NCBI GenBank assembly: GCA_965218585.1
Contig: CBDCLE010000002.1
Location: 96,001-160,000 of the forward strand
Source of the DNA: Terriglobia bacterium
Lineage (GTDB): Bacteria; Acidobacteriota; Terriglobia; 20CM-2-55-15
Reading direction: 5' to 3'
Length of the DNA stretch: 64,000 bases
This document shows positions 59,300-64,000 of the stretch, in pieces. The notes below the pieces were generated by a model, which worked only from the letters and a program-made list of their open reading frames with translations, was not told the DNA's origin and searched no databases. The position numbers were made by a program, and so were the translations under genes. Positions within the stretch are counted from its first letter, which is position 1, and each line of letters begins with the position of its first letter.

Positions 59300-59348
59300 G
59301 GTTCTCCTTGTCGCTTGCTGACAGCTAACGATTGTCGCCAACCCAGGC

Positions 59349-60833
59349 CTAAGCGTTCATTATGACTTCGATATCCGGTTTGATACGGGCCTCGGGACCG
59401 GCCAGCGAGATCCCAACAAAAAGGACAAGCGAAACCGCCAGTGACAGAGCTCCGACATCGATACCCAGCGGCGGCGTGATCCCGGTCACCTGGCTTCCCA
59501 CATTGATCAGAAGGCTGACTATAACGGCAGTGTTTGCAGCCGGCACCGAGGCACGCTTCCAGTTCAGGCCAATGGCCACCACGGGAACCAGCGCTGCCGC
59601 GAAGGTGCCCCATCCGAAAGCCCCCAACAGAGCGACCAGATCCCCTGTGTAGAGCGCGAACAAGGAGGCCGCAACGGCGATGGCGACGGTAGCGACTCGG
59701 GCCCACCACAATCGGTTGCCGGCCGGCCGGCCCAGGACAGCGGTCGGAATGTCGTGGACGAGGGCGGCAGTACCGATGTTCAGGAATCCGTCGGCCGTGG
59801 ACATGATGGCGGCCAGTAGCCCGGCGAAGACAACACCGGCCAGAAGCGGATGGGTGTAATTCTGAAGGAACTGGGGTGCAGCCGCATCAGGAGTCAGAAG
59901 CGCAGGATGGGCGCCGCTGACGACCAGGGCCCGCATCGCCAGGCCGATACCCAGCCACAGCAAGGCCGAAGCGATGTAGGCAAGGAACGTCAACGGTGCG
60001 ATGTATTTGATGTCGCGGATCCGCCGCATCATCATCGACTTGGTGATGACGTGAGGTTGCCCTACGGCTCCAACACCGAACATGAAGAACCACGACAGAC
60101 AGCCCATAATACCCAGAGTGCCCCAGGGCCCAATCGCCTCGGCGTCGTCCGCCATGATGATCTGGCTGATCTCGGTGAGGCCACCGTCGAAGGTCGTCAA
60201 GACCGTGACGAAAACCAGAACCGAAGCCGCGACCATGACGCCGCCCTGAATCAGATCCGTGTAAACGGAAGCCAGGATTCCTCCGGTAACCGTGTAAAAG
60301 AGCAGGACGGAGCACGATATGGCAACGCTCATGCCCAGGCTGATATCGGTCCAGACACCGGCGCCTTGAAGGATGTCCTGAAGAACGATGGCCATCGCGA
60401 GGATCTGCGTTGCGAGATAACCGATCACGCCGATAAGAATTACGACCGCCACCGACGCTCTCACGGAGTCGCTCTCATACCGGGCGGCCACGACATCAGG
60501 CAGCGAAATGCAATTGCGTAGCTCGGCGAAAAGACGAATCCGCTTCGCGATCAGAGCAAAGCTGATCACGCCACCAATCCCCGCAGCCACTACCATCCAC
60601 ATCGAGCTCATACCCATGAGGTAGACCAGTCCCGGTCCCCCCACAAACCCGAATCCGCTCAGGATGCTTGAAAAGAGGGCGAAAGCGGTCACGAGCACGC
60701 CCAGATTTCGACCCGCCATGAAAAAGTCTTCGGTGGTCCGGGTCCTCTTGTACGCCCAGAGCCCCATCGCGATGCATACGATGAAATAGATCGCTACCGA
60801 TATCAGTATGATGAGTGGTCTGGCCTGCTCCAT
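59349..60833 (-). CDS. Sodium:solute symporter family protein
   Basis: DFFMAGR, SGFGFVGGPG, YTVTGG..SVYTDLIQG, LAAIMSTAD. Confidence 0.93.
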   Translation of the reverse strand: MEQARPLIILISVAIYFIVCIAMGLWAYKRTRTTEDFFMAGRNLGVLVTAFALFSSILSGFGFVGGPGLVYLMGMSSMWMVVAAGIGGVISFALIAKRIRLFAELRNCISLPDVVAARYESDSVRASVAVVILIGVIGYLATQILAMAIVLQDILQGAGVWTDISLGMSVAISCSVLLFYTVTGGILASVYTDLIQGGVMVAASVLVFVTVLTTFDGGLTEISQIIMADDAEAIGPWGTLGIMGCLSWFFMFGVGAVGQPHVITKSMMMRRIRDIKYIAPLTFLAYIASALLWLGIGLAMRALVVSGAHPALLTPDAAAPQFLQNYTHPLLAGVVFAGLLAAIMSTADGFLNIGTAALVHDIPTAVLGRPAGNRLWWARVATVAIAVAASLFALYTGDLVALLGAFGWGTFAAALVPVVAIGLNWKRASVPAANTAVIVSLLINVGSQVTGITPPLGIDVGALSLAVSLVLFVGISLAGPEARIKPDIEVIMNA

Positions 60834-61357
60834 CACTCGGTTTCCTCTTCCCGCGTCTGGTTCGAGCGCATGAGTTCCTCGATCGAACGCTCGTCCTCTT
60901 CCGTGAAATACCAGCGGTCGAAGTGGAATGCGCACACCAGCAACATCAGCATGGGAAAGAGCCACACACCGTAGATCATCCAGGCCGTGGGCCGAGGAAG
61001 GCCGCCGAAGAAACTGTTCTGGTTCCCTGCCGCATAACTCGCATAGCTAGCGACCAGCCCGGTGAAGAGCAACGCCAGGCACGCGAAACCGGCAACCAGC
61101 GATCTAGCGAGCGCGCCACCCCGGCCGTCCTTGCCGACGCCCAGCAGGACCAGTGCAGTCATGACCGCGAGAATCGCGAGGGCCATTGAATAGCCCAGCC
61201 ATAGCGTGCCCTCGGACCCTCGATCGGCGATTTCCAACGACGTGTAGACACTGTGAAGCTGGGCAGCGGGCCTGGCCGAGGGAGACAGAAAGAAGCCACC
61301 GACGATGATGAGGAGCAAGGCTACCGAGCTCGCGAACAGGAGCCAGGACTGGCGCAT
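60833..61357 (-). CDS. Membrane protein, possible symporter accessory subunit
   Basis: Four hydrophobic segments, FFGGLP motif; coupled to the symporter gene. Confidence 0.75.
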   Translation of the reverse strand: MRQSWLLFASSVALLLIIVGGFFLSPSARPAAQLHSVYTSLEIADRGSEGTLWLGYSMALAILAVMTALVLLGVGKDGRGGALARSLVAGFACLALLFTGLVASYASYAAGNQNSFFGGLPRPTAWMIYGVWLFPMLMLLVCAFHFDRWYFTEEDERSIEELMRSNQTREEETE

Positions 61358-63978
61358 CAGTTGCTGCCGGACCCTGAAATCGTAACGGCCCGGAATAAGG
61401 GGTCTGCAGACTGAAGAACGATCTGCGTGAGGCGAAACGGGTAGTCCGGCCCCTGATCTGCCAGGAACTCGCGGACAATCTCCGCTGCCGCAGGTGTGTT
61501 GTGGCCCGAAAGGAGCGCGCTCGTCCAGCTCCGTGGGAAGAAGATGTCTCCCGTGTCCCGAACTTCCAACAGTTCGTCCAGAGCGGGACGGATCAGCTCC
61601 AGAGATTCCCCGGCGCGTAACGGATGGTTCAGGAACCGCAATCCGGCCAACACCCAGGGTTCGCGTCCCCGATTGCCCGGATCGCCAATCCGGACGAAGA
61701 AAGCGGATCGCTCGTCGGGATCTTCCGACAGTGCCGAGATCACAAACTGGAAACGTTCGCGCCTGTCAGGATTCTCGATTCGATCCAGCTGCTGGGCGAG
61801 GATCTCTGACGCGCGCGGAGGTGAACGCAGAGCGAGTTGCTCGGCCATCGTCGTCTCGTCGACTTCTGAAAGACGTAGTCCGGGTATCGATGTTTCCCGG
61901 CTCCATACGCGTTCGAGAAAGTCGATTCCGTCCTGTGTCGACACGAGGGAGTAAAAGGCCGAAAAGTAAGCCGACTTCAGGCTCGACGACTCCGACCGTT
62001 CGATTCCATCCCGAAGAACGCGCTCGAGCCTCGGCGCCAGCTCTTCTCTTTCCGACGCCGGCAAGTAGCGCCAGTAAAGGGATCGGACGCCGTTGAGCAA
62101 CAACTGGACGATCTGCTCTGTGTCTTCCTCGGTGATGACGTCCAGAGCGAGATCCATCAGCGCCTGTGGCGGGATGCGCCCTCCCAACATCTCTTCCCAG
62201 AGCGTGACCCACACTGCACCGCGCGTTACCGCGTCGTCGAATGCCCCGAGGTACTCCAGAAGATAGGCCCGGCTTGCCTCGTCGAGGACGATATCGCCGT
62301 ACGCCAGACCGCTTCCACTGGGCAGGACGAAATCCGGACGAATCGAGGAGGCCGGTGCCACATCCACACGTTCCCCGGCGAAATCCACGGGAATGGTCTC
62401 GATGCTCCCAAACGTACCCACCAAAACATCGATCTGCTGGGTCCACTCGAGGGACCGGCCTTCGGCCGGGTCCGACTGGACGAGGCCCAGTGTGGCAACG
62501 CTCCCATCGCTGTCAGTCTGAACCTCGGTTCGAATGACGGGTCGGCCCGACTCTTCCACCCAGGTACGGCTCCATACCGCAAGGTCCGTTTCACTCCGTT
62601 CGTCGAGGATCTCGATCAGATCCGACCAGGTTGCGTTGGAGAATCGGAACCTGTCCAGGTAAACCTGAATCCCCTCGCGAAAACTGTCCTCGCCGACGAT
62701 ACGTTCGAGTTGCCGCATGACGATAGGCGCCTTCTGGTAGATGATCGCCCCGTAGAGACTACCGGCCTCGTTCAGGTTCAGCAGCTCCTGCTGAATCGGA
62801 TGCGTGCCCGCTGTGCGGTCGACTCCGTAGGCCGCTGGATAATTATTCGTCAAGAAAATCAGATCGTGGTCGACCTCGGGGAACGAGGGATTGACGATCT
62901 TGGCGGCCATAAAGTTGGCAAAGACTTCTTTCATCCACACGTCGTTGAACCAGCGCATGGTAACCAGGTCGCCGAACCACATGTGGGAGGTCTCGTGCGA
63001 TATCAGGCTGGCGCGGCTGAGCCGTTGCTGCTCGGTGGCTGTCTCCTCGAGCAGGATTCCAGAGTCCCGATAGAAAACGGCGCCCGGATGCTCCATGCCA
63101 CCGAACTCAAAGGCAGGTATCAGCGCAAAATCAAACTTGCCGAATGGGTATGGGATACCCGTGTAGTCTTCGAGTTGTTCCAGCGCAGTCGCATGGAGGT
63201 CGAACACTGCGTCGCGGTTGCGCTCGAGCTTGGCGGTGTCGGTCTCCCGGTGGAACATCCGGAAGGTCCGACCGTCACGCTCGGCCTCTTCCACTTGAAA
63301 CAGACCCGCGGCAAAGGCAAACAGATACGTCGGAATCAGTTCGGTCTCCGCGTAGCTAATGCGGACACGGTCCCCTGTTTCCTCACGGGAGGTTTCAGCA
63401 CCGTTAGCAACGGCCTGCCATCCCTGTGGGATCGTCAATTCGAGTGAGTATCGCGCCTTGAGGTCAGGCTGGTCAAAAACAGGAAAGACAAGATGAGCAA
63501 GCGCAGGAACGAAAAGGGTGTACAGGAACTCCGGGTTCCGGGTCAATGAGCTCTCACCGGCACGAAAGACAATCTCGACAGTGTTCTCACCAGTTTCAAG
63601 GGCGGCGGCAGGTATAACAACATGTCCGTTTGCCAGTTGGAAGTCGGCGTCGGAGCCACCCACAACCACCGACTGAACAAACGAATCAACGGAAGCGCCC
63701 TCTGCCACGGCGGGCTCGAAATCGAACGCGAGCTGCGCTGACGTGTCCTCGAGATCGAAGCGGGCTATGACACGGCCGTTGATCGGTTCGGTGACCTCGT
63801 CCGGTATGTCGAACCTCACCTCGTAGCGTAGATTGGAAATCCTCCCCGCACGCTCCTCGGCCAGTGCGATCGGTATCCCTTGTTCCGGAATGTTCGAATC
63901 TCCCCCTTCGGACCCGCAGCCCGCCAGCAGCAGGGCCAAGCAGACCACAACCAGACCTGACATTAAACGACTCTGCAT
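61357..63978 (-). CDS. pepN: M1 family aminopeptidase lipoprotein
   Basis: LAGC lipobox, FDQPDLKA, GGMEH, HETSHMWFGDLVT..WMKE, YQK. Confidence 0.92.
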   Translation of the reverse strand: MQSRLMSGLVVVCLALLLAGCGSEGGDSNIPEQGIPIALAEERAGRISNLRYEVRFDIPDEVTEPINGRVIARFDLEDTSAQLAFDFEPAVAEGASVDSFVQSVVVGGSDADFQLANGHVVIPAAALETGENTVEIVFRAGESSLTRNPEFLYTLFVPALAHLVFPVFDQPDLKARYSLELTIPQGWQAVANGAETSREETGDRVRISYAETELIPTYLFAFAAGLFQVEEAERDGRTFRMFHRETDTAKLERNRDAVFDLHATALEQLEDYTGIPYPFGKFDFALIPAFEFGGMEHPGAVFYRDSGILLEETATEQQRLSRASLISHETSHMWFGDLVTMRWFNDVWMKEVFANFMAAKIVNPSFPEVDHDLIFLTNNYPAAYGVDRTAGTHPIQQELLNLNEAGSLYGAIIYQKAPIVMRQLERIVGEDSFREGIQVYLDRFRFSNATWSDLIEILDERSETDLAVWSRTWVEESGRPVIRTEVQTDSDGSVATLGLVQSDPAEGRSLEWTQQIDVLVGTFGSIETIPVDFAGERVDVAPASSIRPDFVLPSGSGLAYGDIVLDEASRAYLLEYLGAFDDAVTRGAVWVTLWEEMLGGRIPPQALMDLALDVITEEDTEQIVQLLLNGVRSLYWRYLPASEREELAPRLERVLRDGIERSESSSLKSAYFSAFYSLVSTQDGIDFLERVWSRETSIPGLRLSEVDETTMAEQLALRSPPRASEILAQQLDRIENPDRRERFQFVISALSEDPDERSAFFVRIGDPGNRGREPWVLAGLRFLNHPLRAGESLELIRPALDELLEVRDTGDIFFPRSWTSALLSGHNTPAAAEIVREFLADQGPDYPFRLTQIVLQSADPLFRAVTISGSGSN

Positions 63979-64000
63979 CGCGCGATTATTACTTATGCGG

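Noticed and set aside
46393-59340. Integron cassette remnants suggested by isolated GTTAGGC (about 47085) and GTTAGCT (about 59325) on the minus strand
   Set aside because: No complementary R'' box or foldable attC arm could be identified; single 7-mers are expected by chance.
1-64000. Many long antisense or overlapping ORFs in the track (for example 55034-56137, 17971-18732, 62710-63447)
   Set aside because: They are shadow ORFs of GC-rich genes whose opposite strand carries clear family motifs.

Overview
Bacterial chromosomal window, probably Acidobacteriota (inferred from DUF6152-like secreted proteins, an acidobacterial-type VWA protein and remnants of Ser/Thr kinases ending in WFEELKERVPVP). 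It has three zones. (1) 1-15.8 kb is an accessory array: unrelated cargo genes (methyltransferases, VOC protein, a likely selenocysteine peroxiredoxin, a B3 metallo-beta-lactamase-fold protein, SoxCD, SnoaL-like, DUF6152) are separated by a recurring module. The module consists of a 28-bp 11-6-11 imperfect palindrome resembling a tyrosine-recombinase (dif/lox-like) site (11 copies), a conserved minus-strand sigma70 promoter (5 copies) and eroded N- and C-terminal ends of one Ser/Thr kinase family. This is the best candidate for an undescribed system. (2) 15.9-39 kb is mostly core: MrfAB-like helicase/exonuclease, pepA, an orphan RiPP-precursor-like peptide whose Gly-rich tail is duplicated in a second tiny transcription unit, queD, ligD, RNB nuclease, VWA and an MFS/spermidine-synthase fusion. 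(3) 39-64 kb is a decaying region: an ECF/anti-sigma/TPR locus broken by IS256, IS1380 and a 108-bp MITE; a 3.4-kb IS1595-family element with passenger genes; a second ECF locus; a truncated multicopper oxidase; and an M1 peptidase-symporter operon. No rRNA, tRNA or CRISPR array was seen. All family assignments are motif recognition by eye, not database searches.
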